From: an uncultured Actinomycetota bacterium
Lineage (GTDB): Bacteria > Actinomycetota > Thermoleophilia > Gaiellales > Gaiellaceae
Assembly (NCBI GenBank): GCA_963812555.1
Contig: CAWEVP010000004.1
Location: 163,736 to 227,735, forward strand
Direction of reading: 5' to 3'
Length of the DNA stretch: 64,000 nt
The translations under genes and the position numbers were made by a program. Shown here piece by piece: positions 10,993-21,824 of this stretch. The first letter of the stretch is position 1. Every line of letters begins with the position of its first letter. The notes under the pieces are model-generated. The model was not told the origin of the DNA and made no database searches. It saw only the letters and a program-made list of their open reading frames with translations.

Positions 10993-12863
<1,871 letters not shown>

Positions 12864-12864
<1 letters not shown>

Positions 12865-14261
12865 TGAGCCCGCAGACGCTGTTTCAGAAGATCTGGGAGC
12901 GCCACCTCGTCGACGAGCAGCCGGGCGAGCCCGGGCTGATCTACATCGATCTCCATCTCGTGCACGAGGTGACGAGCCCGCAGGCGTTCGAGTCGCTCCG
13001 GCTGCAGGGGCGGAAGGTACGGCGGCCCGACCTGACGATTGCGACGATGGACCACAACGTGCCCACCGAGCGCGGGCCGATCCGCGATCCGCTCGCGAAG
13101 GCCCAGCTCGATGCGCTGGCGCGGAACTGCGCCGATTTCGGGGTGCCGATCAACGCGACGGGAAGCGGCAGCGAGGGGATCGTCCACGTGATGGGACCCG
13201 AGCTCGGCCTCACGCATCCGGGGATGACGATCGTCTGCGGCGACTCGCACACCTCGACGCACGGCGCCTTCGGGGCGCTCGCCTTCGGCATCGGCACCTC
13301 CGAGGTGGAGCACGTGCTCGCGACGCAGACGCTGATCCAAACGCGGCCGAAGGCGATGCTCGTCCGGTTCGTCGGCGAGCTCCCATTCGGCGTCACCGCG
13401 AAGGACATGGTCCTCGGCGCGATCGGGCAGATGGGCGTCGCCGGCGGTGTCGGGCACGCGATCGAGTACGCCGGGCCGGCCGTCGAGGCGCTCTCGATGG
13501 AGGGCCGCATGACGATCTGCAACATGACGATCGAGGGCGGTGCCCGCGCGGGCATGGTCGCGCCCGACGACACGACGTTCGCCTACCTGGAAGGTCGCCC
13601 GGGCGTCCCGAACGGTGCAGCCTGGGAGCAGGCCCTCGACGACTGGCGCACCCTCCCCGGCGATGACGGCGCGGCCTTCGACCGCGTGCTCGAGGTCGAT
13701 GTCGCCTCGCTCGTCCCGCAGGTGACCTGGGGCACGAACCCGGGCATGGTTGCGCCGATCGACGGCCGTGTCCCCGATCCGTCGGACTTCGAGGACGCCG
13801 GCGCCCGCGAGGCTGCCGAGCGGGCGCTCACCTACATGGGGCTCGAGCCCGGCACGCCGCTGACAGACATCTCCGTCGACCGCGTCTTCATCGGCTCGTG
13901 TACCAACTCGAGGATCGAAGACCTGCGGGCGGCGGCGACCGTCGCCTCGGGCCGTCGCGTCGCCGGCGGCGTCCGGGCAATGGTCGTTCCCGGCTCGGCG
14001 AAGGTGAAGCGCCAGGCCGAGGACGAGGGCCTCGACCGCATCTTCACGAGCGCCGGCTTCGAATGGCGCGAAGCGGGCTGCTCGATGTGTCTCGGGATGA
14101 ACCCCGACATCCTCGCCGCCGGCGAGCGCTGCGCGTCAACGTCGAACCGCAACTTCGAAGGCCGGCAAGGAGCGGGCGGGCGCACCCATCTCGTCAGCCC
14201 GACGATGGCCGCGGCCGCGGCCATCACCGGCCGCTTCACCGATGTGCGAGACCTGGGATGA
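12864..14261 (+). CDS. leuC: 3-isopropylmalate dehydratase large subunit
   Basis: [12 protein letters not shown]...[15 protein letters not shown] and the aconitase-family Cys motifs ([22 protein letters not shown]). The start overlaps the pheA stop (TGATG). Confidence 0.95.
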
Positions 14262-14265
14262 GGGC

Positions 14266-14862
14266 ATGAACGCACTGCGACAGGTGACGGGGCGCGCGGC
14301 GGTGCTGGATCGCGCCGACATCGACACGGACCAGATCATCCCCAAACAGTTCCTGAAGCGCATCGAGCGCTCGGGCTACGGTGAGTTCCTGTTCTTCGAC
14401 TGGATGAAGGACCCGGGCTTCGAGCTCCGGCGGCCGGAGTACGAGGGCGCCTCGATCCTGATCGCGGGGCGCAACTTCGGCTGCGGCTCCTCACGCGAGC
14501 ATGCGGCGTGGGCGCTCGAGGACGCAGGGTTCCGGTTCGTGCTCGCGCCGAGCTTCGGCGACATCTTCCACGCCAACGCGATCAAGAGCGGCCTAGCGCC
14601 CGTCGAGCTTCCGGCCGGCGACCTGGCGCAGATCGCGGCTGCGGTCGCGGACGACAACGAGCTCACGGTCGACCTCGAGGCGCTCGAGATCACCCACCCC
14701 GGTGGGTTGCGCGTCCCGTTTCCCTTCGACTCCTTCGCCCAGCACATGCTCGTGAACGGGCTCGACGATGTCGCCCTCACGCTGCAGCGCGACGAGCAGA
14801 TCGGCGTCTACGAGCAGGCTCATCCACCGCGAATCGACACCGCAGCGCTCGCAGCCGGCTGA
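14266..14862 (+). CDS. leuD: 3-isopropylmalate dehydratase small subunit
   Basis: DTDQIIPKQFLKRIERSGYG...GRNFGCGSSREHAAWAL signature. The start was chosen at MNALRQ, just after the leuC stop. Confidence 0.92.
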   Translation: MNALRQVTGRAAVLDRADIDTDQIIPKQFLKRIERSGYGEFLFFDWMKDPGFELRRPEYEGASILIAGRNFGCGSSREHAAWALEDAGFRFVLAPSFGDIFHANAIKSGLAPVELPAGDLAQIAAAVADDNELTVDLEALEITHPGGLRVPFPFDSFAQHMLVNGLDDVALTLQRDEQIGVYEQAHPPRIDTAALAAG

Positions 14863-14971
14863 GCTGGGTTCGAGGCTCGCTGGGTTTCCGGCTGGCTGGG
14901 TTCCCGGGTGGCTGGGTTCCCGGCTGGCTGGGTTCCCGGCTGGCTGGGTTCCCGGCTGGCTGAACTCCCGA
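14857..14971. repeat. tandem array A: 7 units of 16(17) bp, consensus GGCTGGCTGGGTTCCC
   Basis: The units start at 14857, 14874, 14890, 14906, 14922, 14938 and 14954. The array fills the whole convergent spacer, from the leuD stop (inside unit 1) to the stop of the 14972..15262 gene. Confidence 0.92.
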
Positions 14972-15262
14972 CTAGCCGTCGCCGGTCTCGTCGGTCGCCC
15001 CGACGACTGAGGCGTCGGACTCGCCCTGCTCGGCCTCGTGCTCGGTGATCGCGGCAACGAGCCTGTCGATCTCTGCTGAGGAGCCTGCGTCGGCGTGGCC
15101 CACGCGCTGGGCGTAGACGGCGGCGCCGAGGTCGCGGTAGAGGCCGTCGACCTTTCGCTTCGCCTGAACCTCGTCGAGTTTCGCCTGGCCCGCCTTGCCG
15201 GCCTCCTGCGCCTTCTGGGCGACCTGGTTGGCCTGCGCCTTCACCTTGTCGAAAAGTGGCAT
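14972..15262 (-). CDS. small conserved-looking hypothetical protein (96 aa, Lys/Ala/Gln-rich N-terminal helix, acidic tail)
   Basis: Clean ORF MPLFDKVKAQANQVAQKAQEAGKAGQAKLDEVQAKRK... with a GGAG-like SD region upstream. No family was recognised. Confidence 0.6.
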   Translation of the reverse strand: MPLFDKVKAQANQVAQKAQEAGKAGQAKLDEVQAKRKVDGLYRDLGAAVYAQRVGHADAGSSAEIDRLVAAITEHEAEQGESDASVVGATDETGDG

Positions 15263-15355
15263 GGTCGTGCTCCTTTCTCGTCGTACGCTCCGGCTCTTGC
15301 GCGAAGACTAGCGCCGGGCCGGAGCGATGCCGGGGAGGGGCAAGGGCGATCCTTT

Positions 15356-15607
15356 TAAGAAGCTCTAACTAGATGCCACTCGTGGCCGGGGCGAGCTGGT
15401 GTTCATTTTGTTGGAGCTTCTTAAGAGCTCATTGCACAATGAAGTCTGGTGTCGCTCGGCCACGCTGGGAGCCGCGAGGCTGCGTCCTCAGTCGCGCCAA
15501 TATCGCCTGGATATTGGCGCTCCCTGGGTTTCTTGAAGACAGTGTCCTTCCCTCGCGTCACCCAGCGCGCCCGATCGGCGAGCGTCATTCTGCAATGAAC
15601 TCTAAGC
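15356..15607. repeat. palindromic MITE/REP-like element (alpha copy)
   Basis: Outer small inverted repeat 15356-15369 / 15410-15423. The ~60-nt module AAGAGCTCATTGCA.AATGA...GCTGGG..GCGAG occurs forward at 15421-15480 and inverted at 15545-15607. A central perfect hairpin GCGCCAATATC-gcctg-GATATTGGCGC is at 15495-15521. GC is lower than in the surroundings, and the cobA stop lies in the right end. Confidence 0.75.
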
Positions 15608-16327
15608 GCCGACCGCAGCGGGCCGGCGAGCCGCCGCGAGCCGGCGCCCGACCGAGACGACCTCGCCGACGACGAGCAGCGCCGGGGACTCGAGCGCCTC
15701 GGCCCGGGCGGCGATGGTCTCGAGCGTCCCGAACTCGGAGCGCTCGTCGGATCGCGTCCCCTTGGAGATCACCGCCGCCGGTGTCTGTGGATCTCTGCCG
15801 GCGGCGATCAGGCCTTCGGCCAGCCGCTCGAGCCGGCGAAGCCCCATGAACACCACGAGCGTTCCCGGTGTGCCCGCGAGCTGGTCGTAGTCGAGGTCGT
15901 CGTCCGAGGCCGAATGGCCCGAGACGAGCGTGATCTGCGCCGAGACGCCACGGTGGGAGACGGGGATGCCGGCCGAGGCGGGCACTGCCGCGAGTGCCGA
16001 GACGCCCGGCACGACCTCGAACCCCAGCCCGGCCTCCGTGAGCGCCTCGGCCTCCTCGCCGCCGCGGCCGAAGATGAACGGGTCGCCGCCCTTGAGGCGG
16101 ACGACCTCGAGCCCGGCCGTGCCCAGCTCGACCAGGAGCTCGTTCAGCTCGGTCTGCCCCATTCCTTCGCGCGAGATCGCGAGCGCGTCCACCGGCGCCT
16201 CGTCGACGAGCTCCGGGGCCACGAGCGCGTCGTAGACGAGCGCGTCGCACCCCCGGATCAGCTCGAGCCCGCGCACCGTGATCAGCTCGGGGTCGCCCGG
16301 GCCCGCGCCGACGAGCCAGACCGTCAC
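15602..16327 (-). CDS. cobA: uroporphyrinogen-III C-methyltransferase (SUMT)
   Basis: VWLVGAGPGDPELITVRG...RLKGGDPFIFGRGGEE...VPGVSA are tetrapyrrole methylase motifs. Confidence 0.9.
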   Translation of the reverse strand: MTVWLVGAGPGDPELITVRGLELIRGCDALVYDALVAPELVDEAPVDALAISREGMGQTELNELLVELGTAGLEVVRLKGGDPFIFGRGGEEAEALTEAGLGFEVVPGVSALAAVPASAGIPVSHRGVSAQITLVSGHSASDDDLDYDQLAGTPGTLVVFMGLRRLERLAEGLIAAGRDPQTPAAVISKGTRSDERSEFGTLETIAARAEALESPALLVVGEVVSVGRRLAAARRPAAVGA

Positions 16328-16884
16328 GAAAGCCTGCTCCTGACGATGTCCTCGAAGTAGTCGCGGCGCTCCTCGTAGGTCTTGAACCGCCTCTTTGCCT
16401 CAGGCCTCAGCGCCTCCAGCTCGCGAGCGAGCTCGGCGTGCGCCGGCTGGACGAGCTCGGCGATCTGGCTGCGCAGGCTCTTTGCCAGGGCGGGGGAGGC
16501 GCCGCCGGTGGAAACGGCAACGGTGATGGGGCCTTCGCGGTGGACGGCAGGCAGGATGAAGTTGCAGAGATCAGGGACGTCGGCGACGTTGCAGAGCATC
16601 CCCTTCGTCTCGGCGTCGGCATGGACGTGCTCGTTGACCGATCGGTCGGACGTCGCGGCGATCACGAGGAAGCAGCCGTCCAGGTCCTCGCTGCGGTAGC
16701 GGCCCTGCCGCCACTCCACCGGCAGGCACGAAAACCCCTCGTTCAGCTCCGGGGCAACGACCGTGACGATCGCGTCGCAGGTAACGAGCCCGGTTGCCTT
16801 CTCGAGTGCCACCGGCCCGCCCCCGACGACGAGGCAGCGGCGCCCGCTCACGTCGAGGGCCGCCATGTAGAAGCGCTTGTCCAA
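16324..16884 (-). CDS. precorrin-2 dehydrogenase / sirohydrochlorin ferrochelatase (SirC/Met8/CysG-N-like)
   Basis: CLVVGGGPVALEK Rossmann motif, ~186 aa. It overlaps the cobA start. The start is TTG16884, with ATG16866 as an alternative. Confidence 0.8.
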   Translation of the reverse strand: MDKRFYMAALDVSGRRCLVVGGGPVALEKATGLVTCDAIVTVVAPELNEGFSCLPVEWRQGRYRSEDLDGCFLVIAATSDRSVNEHVHADAETKGMLCNVADVPDLCNFILPAVHREGPITVAVSTGGASPALAKSLRSQIAELVQPAHAELARELEALRPEAKRRFKTYEERRDYFEDIVRSRLS

Positions 16885-16889
16885 GCTTT

Positions 16890-17348
16890 CTAGGCTCCGA
16901 TCGAGGCCAGCCGGGCTCCGCCCCTGCCCAGGCGCAGCGCGACCTCGTAGCCGTCGGTCGAGATCGTGACGCCGTACTCGCCGGGGCCGACGGCGCTCAC
17001 GGAAATGCGTTCGACCGCTCGTCCCTCGAGCGACTCGAGTGCCGCGGTCAGGTCGCGTGCCGACTCGACGAGCTCGCGTCCAGGCGGGAGCCGCCTGAAG
17101 AGCGCCAGTGTCGCCTGCTCGCCTTCGGGGCCGTAGATCGACCGGATCCGGCCGGACTGAAGGCCCAGCTCGAGTAGCTCGGCGAGCGCGTCGGCGTCGT
17201 CGCCCGAGACCTCGCCGTCGTCGACCGCAGCGACGATGTCGGCCAGGCGTGTCCTCCGCGTCTCGTCTTGCACCATCGCGAGCACCGCCTGCGCCTCGGC
17301 CCGCGCGACCTCTGCCGCGTCGCCGGTCACGCGCACGGCCGAGCTCAT
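16890..17348 (-). CDS. hypothetical acidic protein embedded in the sulfite-reduction/siroheme operon
   Basis: ATGA overlap with the cysH stop (17345-17348). It ends 5 nt before the sirC-like start. 152 aa with no Cys, His, Trp or Lys. No family was recognised. Confidence 0.6.
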   Translation of the reverse strand: MSSAVRVTGDAAEVARAEAQAVLAMVQDETRRTRLADIVAAVDDGEVSGDDADALAELLELGLQSGRIRSIYGPEGEQATLALFRRLPPGRELVESARDLTAALESLEGRAVERISVSAVGPGEYGVTISTDGYEVALRLGRGGARLASIGA

Positions 17349-18127
17349 TCCTTGTCCTTGAGGAGGGCGTTCAGCTCGTGCTCCAGTCCGCCGCTCTCCA
17401 TCGAGCAGTGGATCCCGCACTCCTTGGGCGCATTGGTCTCCCACCACCAGCGTCCGGCCCGGCTCGGCTCGTCCGGCGCGGTCGCGCGGGTGCACGGGGC
17501 GCAGCCGATCGACTTGTAGCCGCGGTCATACAGCGAGTGGTAGGGGACGTCGCGCTCACGCACGTAGTCCCAGACCTCCTCCTCCGTCCATTCGGCGAGC
17601 GGGTTCAGTTTCACGATCGCCCCGTGATCGTGGTCGATCTCGACCTTGCGGATGTTCGTCCGGCTGGCCCACTGGTCGCGGCGCAGGCCCGTCACCCAGG
17701 CGTCGAGCGAATGCAGGTGCTTGGTCAGCGGGCGAACCTTGCGCAGGTTGCAGCAGAGCAGGCGGAGGTCGACCGACGTCTTGAAGAGGTCGAGGCCGTG
17801 CTTCCCGGTCATGCCGGCGATCTCGTCGGCGTCGGGCTCGATCAGGTCGAGCCGGAGGCCGGGGTAGCGGTCGCGGAGCCGGTCGGCGAGCTCGAGCGTC
17901 TCGGCGGGCAGGCGGCCCGTGTCGACGCTGAAGACCGGGACGCCCGGGTCGAGCTCGTAGGCCATGTCGATCAGGACGACGCTGTCGATCTGGAACGAGG
18001 TCGAGATCGCGAGCCCGGGCGCGAAGCGGTCGATCGCCCACGCGAGAACCGTCTGCGGCTCCTCCCCCTCGAACTCGATCGAGAGCTCTCCTGCTTCCAG
18101 CTCGTCGATGAGCTCTACTGCACTCAT
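17345..18127 (-). CDS. cysH: adenylylsulfate (APS)/PAPS reductase, Fe-S type
   Basis: PAPS-reductase fold (ISTSFQIDSVVLIDM, VFSVDTGRLPAET) plus the CC...CxxC cysteines (LLCCNLRKV, IGCAPCT) typical of APS reductases. The start was chosen at MSAVELIDELE. Confidence 0.88.
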   Translation of the reverse strand: MSAVELIDELEAGELSIEFEGEEPQTVLAWAIDRFAPGLAISTSFQIDSVVLIDMAYELDPGVPVFSVDTGRLPAETLELADRLRDRYPGLRLDLIEPDADEIAGMTGKHGLDLFKTSVDLRLLCCNLRKVRPLTKHLHSLDAWVTGLRRDQWASRTNIRKVEIDHDHGAIVKLNPLAEWTEEEVWDYVRERDVPYHSLYDRGYKSIGCAPCTRATAPDEPSRAGRWWWETNAPKECGIHCSMESGGLEHELNALLKDKE

Positions 18128-18152
18128 ATCCGCCCACCCTCCGGTTTGACGC

Positions 18153-19804
18153 TCATTCTTCGGCCTCCTCTCGAACGCGTTGCCTTGCCGGCTCGAGGCC
18201 TGCGAAAGCCCCGAGCTCCTCGTCGGTCGCGCGGCGTGTGAACGCCGAAAAGCCTTCGTCCGCGGCTCGCTTTGACAGCCAGCCGGCGATGAGCCCCTCG
18301 ACGGCGCTGTCCAGCTCGTCCGTCGGAACCCGGCGGAAGAGGGAGCGGCCGATCGCGGGGTCGGGCCCGAGCCCGCCACGGACGAAGATGTCATAGGCCT
18401 GCCGCCGCACCCCGCCCTCGTCGCGGGCGGTCGTGCCCTGGAAGCCGAGGTCCCCGACCCAGTGCTGCGCACAGGCGTGCGGGCAGCCGTCGAGGTGCAG
18501 CCGAAGCTCGGCGATGTCGCGGCCGAACCGCTCGTCGAGGCGGTCGATCAGCGCGCCGAGGCGCGTCTTCGTCTCCGCGACCGAGAAGTTGCAGTGAGGC
18601 TCGCCGGTGCAGGCGATCGAGTTGCCGCGCACCGGGTTGATCTCGAGTGAGAACCCGATCCGCTCGAGCTCGGCTACGGCCTCGGGCACCTGCTCGTCGG
18701 GCACTCCGGTGACGATGAAGTTCTGCTGGCGGGTGAGGCGGATGTCGCCCCCAAACCGCTCAGCCAGGTCGGCGATCGCGATCATCTGGTCTCCCGTGAC
18801 GAGCCCGAGGTGAACCGGAACGCCGATGTAGGAGAGGCCCGGCTGCTTCTGGGAGTGCACGCCGAGGTGATGGGAGGGCTCGACGTGAATCGCCGGGAGC
18901 GCGTAGTCCTCGAGCTTCCTGCCGAGCCGTGCCTCCACCCGCTCCCTGACTCCGGCCGCGCCGATGTCGTCGACCATGAACTTGAGCCGTGCCTTGACCC
19001 GCGAGACGCGGTAGCGGAGATCCTCCGACCAGACGCTCGTGATCGCGCCGAGGATCTCGTTCGCGTCCTCCTTCGGGACGAAGACGCCCATGTTCTGCGC
19101 GATCCGGGGCACTGACGAGAGGCCGCCGCCGACGAGCACCGCGAAGCCCTCGCGGCCCTCGTGGATCGTGCCGATCAGCGAGATGCAGTTGATCTCGCGG
19201 TGCGTTGCAACGATCGGCACAGGCCGAGATCGAGTACTTGTGCTTGCGGGGGAGGTTCGCCCAGTCCGGGTTTCCGTAGAACAGGTCCGCTGCCGCGGTG
19301 ACTGTCGGCGAGGCGTCAAAGAGCTCGGACGCCGCAATGCCCTGCACCGGGCAGCCCGTGATGTTGCGCACCGTGTCGCCGCAGCCGCCCGCCGTCGTCA
19401 CGCCGTAGCGCTCCAGGTGGGCGAAGACGTCGGGGAGCTTCGCGAGCTCGAGCCAGTGCAGCTGGATGTTCTGGCGGGTCGAGAGCTCGCCGTCGCCCTT
19501 TCCGTAGAGATTCGACGATCTCGCCGATCGCCCTCAGCGCGGTGGGCGAGAGCTGGCCGGCGGGAACCTTGACGCGGAGCATGAACGTCCCGATCTTCGG
19601 CTTGTCGTGGTAGAGGCCCCACCACTGCAGCCGCACGATGTCCTCCTCGGCGACGTTCTCGTAGCCGGCGGCGATCAGCGCCGGGAGCTCGTCGCGGATC
19701 CCGAGCGGCGCCTTCTCGCGCTTCAGCCGCTCGACGGGGTTTCGCTTGAGGACGAGCTCCCAGTCGGGCTCCGGCTTCGGCGCCTTCGTCGGGACGGCGC
19801 TCAT
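18153..19804 (-). pseudogene. ferredoxin-dependent sulfite reductase (NirA/SirA type), two frame breaks as sequenced
   Basis: N-terminus MSAVPTKAPKPEPDWE...WWGLYHDKPKIGTFMLRVKVPAG, then NLYGKGDGELSTRQNIQLHW...TTAGGCGDTVRNITGCP, then HREINCISLIG...CTGEPHCNF...GCPHACAQH lie in three frames. The breaks are near 19515 and 19205. Confidence 0.85.
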
Positions 19805-20156
19805 CCGGCAATCCCGAAACGGCAATGACCGCGACCGAAGACGCCTTGATCGGCGCCCAAGCGAGGGCGGGGATGGCTGCCCGAGGGCGCGCCTGGGGTC
19901 GCCTCGGCGGCGTGCGCCACCCGCATGAGTGCGTGCATCGAGATGTTGGGCCCCGTTCTCATTCCTACGCGGGCACTCTAGCCAGCTCAGTACAAAAAGT
20001 AAAGTTTTGAGCCGCGATGCGCTTTTCGGTCGCTTCATTTGTTGCAGTCTTGATACTTCAATTCTTGTACCGATCCGGGCTTTCGGCGGTGGGCGCCGGG
20101 CGCGGGTGGTGGTTGACGCGCCGCGGCGGCTCCCGGTCGCCGCTACGGTGGGCGTC

Positions 20157-21721
20157 ATGAACGACCGCCTGAAAGTGCTCGTCCGCGAGGAGATCGCCGA
20201 GGCCGGCATCGAGCTGCTGCGGGGGCGCTTCGAGGTGGAGGTGGACGGCGACGAGCGACCTGGCGGCCGTGATCGGGGACTACGACGCGATCGTGATCCG
20301 CTCGGCAACGAAGCTCACGGCCGAGCTGATCGCGGCCGGGCACGAAGCTGAAGGTGATCGGGCGCGCGGGCGTTGGGGTCGACAACGTCGATGTCGAGGC
20401 GGCGACACGGCGCGGGATCGTGGTTGCGAACGCTCCGGAGTCGAACATCGTGTCGGCGGCCGAGCACACGATCGGGCTTCTGTTCGCGCTCGTACGCAAC
20501 ATCCCGCAGGCGCATGCGGCGCTCGTGGAAGGTCGCTGGGAGCGATCGCGCTGGGGCGGGGTGGAGCTCGCCGAGAAGACGCTGGGCGTGCTTGGGTTCG
20601 GCCGGATCGGCCAGCAGGTCGCCCGCCGGGCGCTCGGGCTTCAGATGCACGTGGTCGCCTACGACCCGTTCGTGTCGGCGGAGCGCTTCCGCGATATCGG
20701 CGTCGAGAGCGACACGCTGGAAGGTGTCCTCGAGCGCGCCGACATCGTCACGCTCCACCTGCCGCTGAACGACGAGACGCGCGGCGCGATCGACACCAAG
20801 GCCTTTGCGCTGATGAAGCCAGGTGCGCGCCTGGTCAATGCCGCGCGGGGAGAGCTCGTCGACGAGGTGGCCCTCTTCGACGCGCTCGAGTCGGGCAAGC
20901 TCGCCGGTGCCGCGATCGACGTCTTCTCGCAGGAGCCCTACTCGGGCCCACTGCTCCGGGCGCCGAACCTGGTCGTGACGCCGCATCTGGCCGCCTCGAC
21001 CGATGAGGCACAGGATCGCGCCGGGGTGATCGTGGCCGAGCAGGTCGTGGCGGCGCTGACCGGCGGGCTCGTCACGAACGCCGTCAACATCCCTTCGGTC
21101 GGGGCCGAAGACCTCGAGGTGCTCGGGCCGTTCCTGCCACTTGCCGCGAGCCTCGGCCGCTTCGCGCTCGAGCTCGCGCGCGGCGAGCCGCACCGGATCA
21201 CGCTCGAGTACCACGGCGAGCTCGCCGAGCACGACACGCGCCTGCTGACGCTCGCCGCGTTGAACGGCGCCTTCCGCGGGCGGGTCGATCAGCCGGTCAA
21301 CTACGTGAATGCGCCGCTGATCGCGGCGGAGCGGGGCATCGACGTCGTCGAGCAGCGCCGCCGCTCCTCGCGCGACTTCACGAACCTGATCGCCGTCTCG
21401 GCCGGAGAGCATCGAGTCGCCGGCACGACGATCGGCCGCGACGACCGTCGCTGGCTCGTTGCGGCGCTCGGGTTCGACATCGAGATCGAGCTGGCGCCGC
21501 GGATGCTCGTGCTTCGCTACGACGACGTCCCGGGCGTGATCGGCCGGGTCGGCACCATGCTCGGCGAGACCGGCGTCAACATCGCCAACATGGCCGTCTC
21601 GCGCAATCGCGACGCCGGCAAGGCTTTGATGGTCCTCTCCGTCGACACGCCCGTTCCGGGCGAGGTGCTCGACCGGCTGAACGAGGGCGTCGACGACGCC
21701 TTCGTGGTCGACCTCGCCTGA
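20157..21721 (+). pseudogene. serA: D-3-phosphoglycerate dehydrogenase (long form with ACT domain), two frame breaks near the 5' end
   Basis: MNDRLKVLVREEIAEAGIELL... | LAAVIGDYDAIVIRSATKLTAELIAAG | KLKVIGRAGVGVDNVD, with breaks near 20258 and 20343. The remaining 455 aa are intact (GFGRIGQQVA, C-terminal ACT). Confidence 0.88.
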
Positions 21722-21824
21722 GTTGGTAACCAGCTGAGTTACTGGCTGAGTTACTAACCGGCTGAGTTACTAACCGGCTGAGTTACTAACCGGCTGAGTC
21801 ACTGGCCAGCTGAGCGACTAGCCA
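21717..21824. repeat. tandem array B: ~7 units of 16 bp, consensus GCTGAGTTACTAACCG
   Basis: The units start at 21717, 21733 (12 bp), 21745, 21761, 21777, 21793 and 21809. The serA stop TGA is inside unit 1. Each unit carries TGA and TAA (TAG/TAA on the other strand). Confidence 0.92.

Noticed and set aside
14857-14971. Possible CRISPR arrays (this array and those at 21717, 44898, 60808 and 61992)
   Set aside because: The units are directly adjacent with no unique spacers, are only 16-18 bp long, and no cas genes are present. They are plain tandem repeats.
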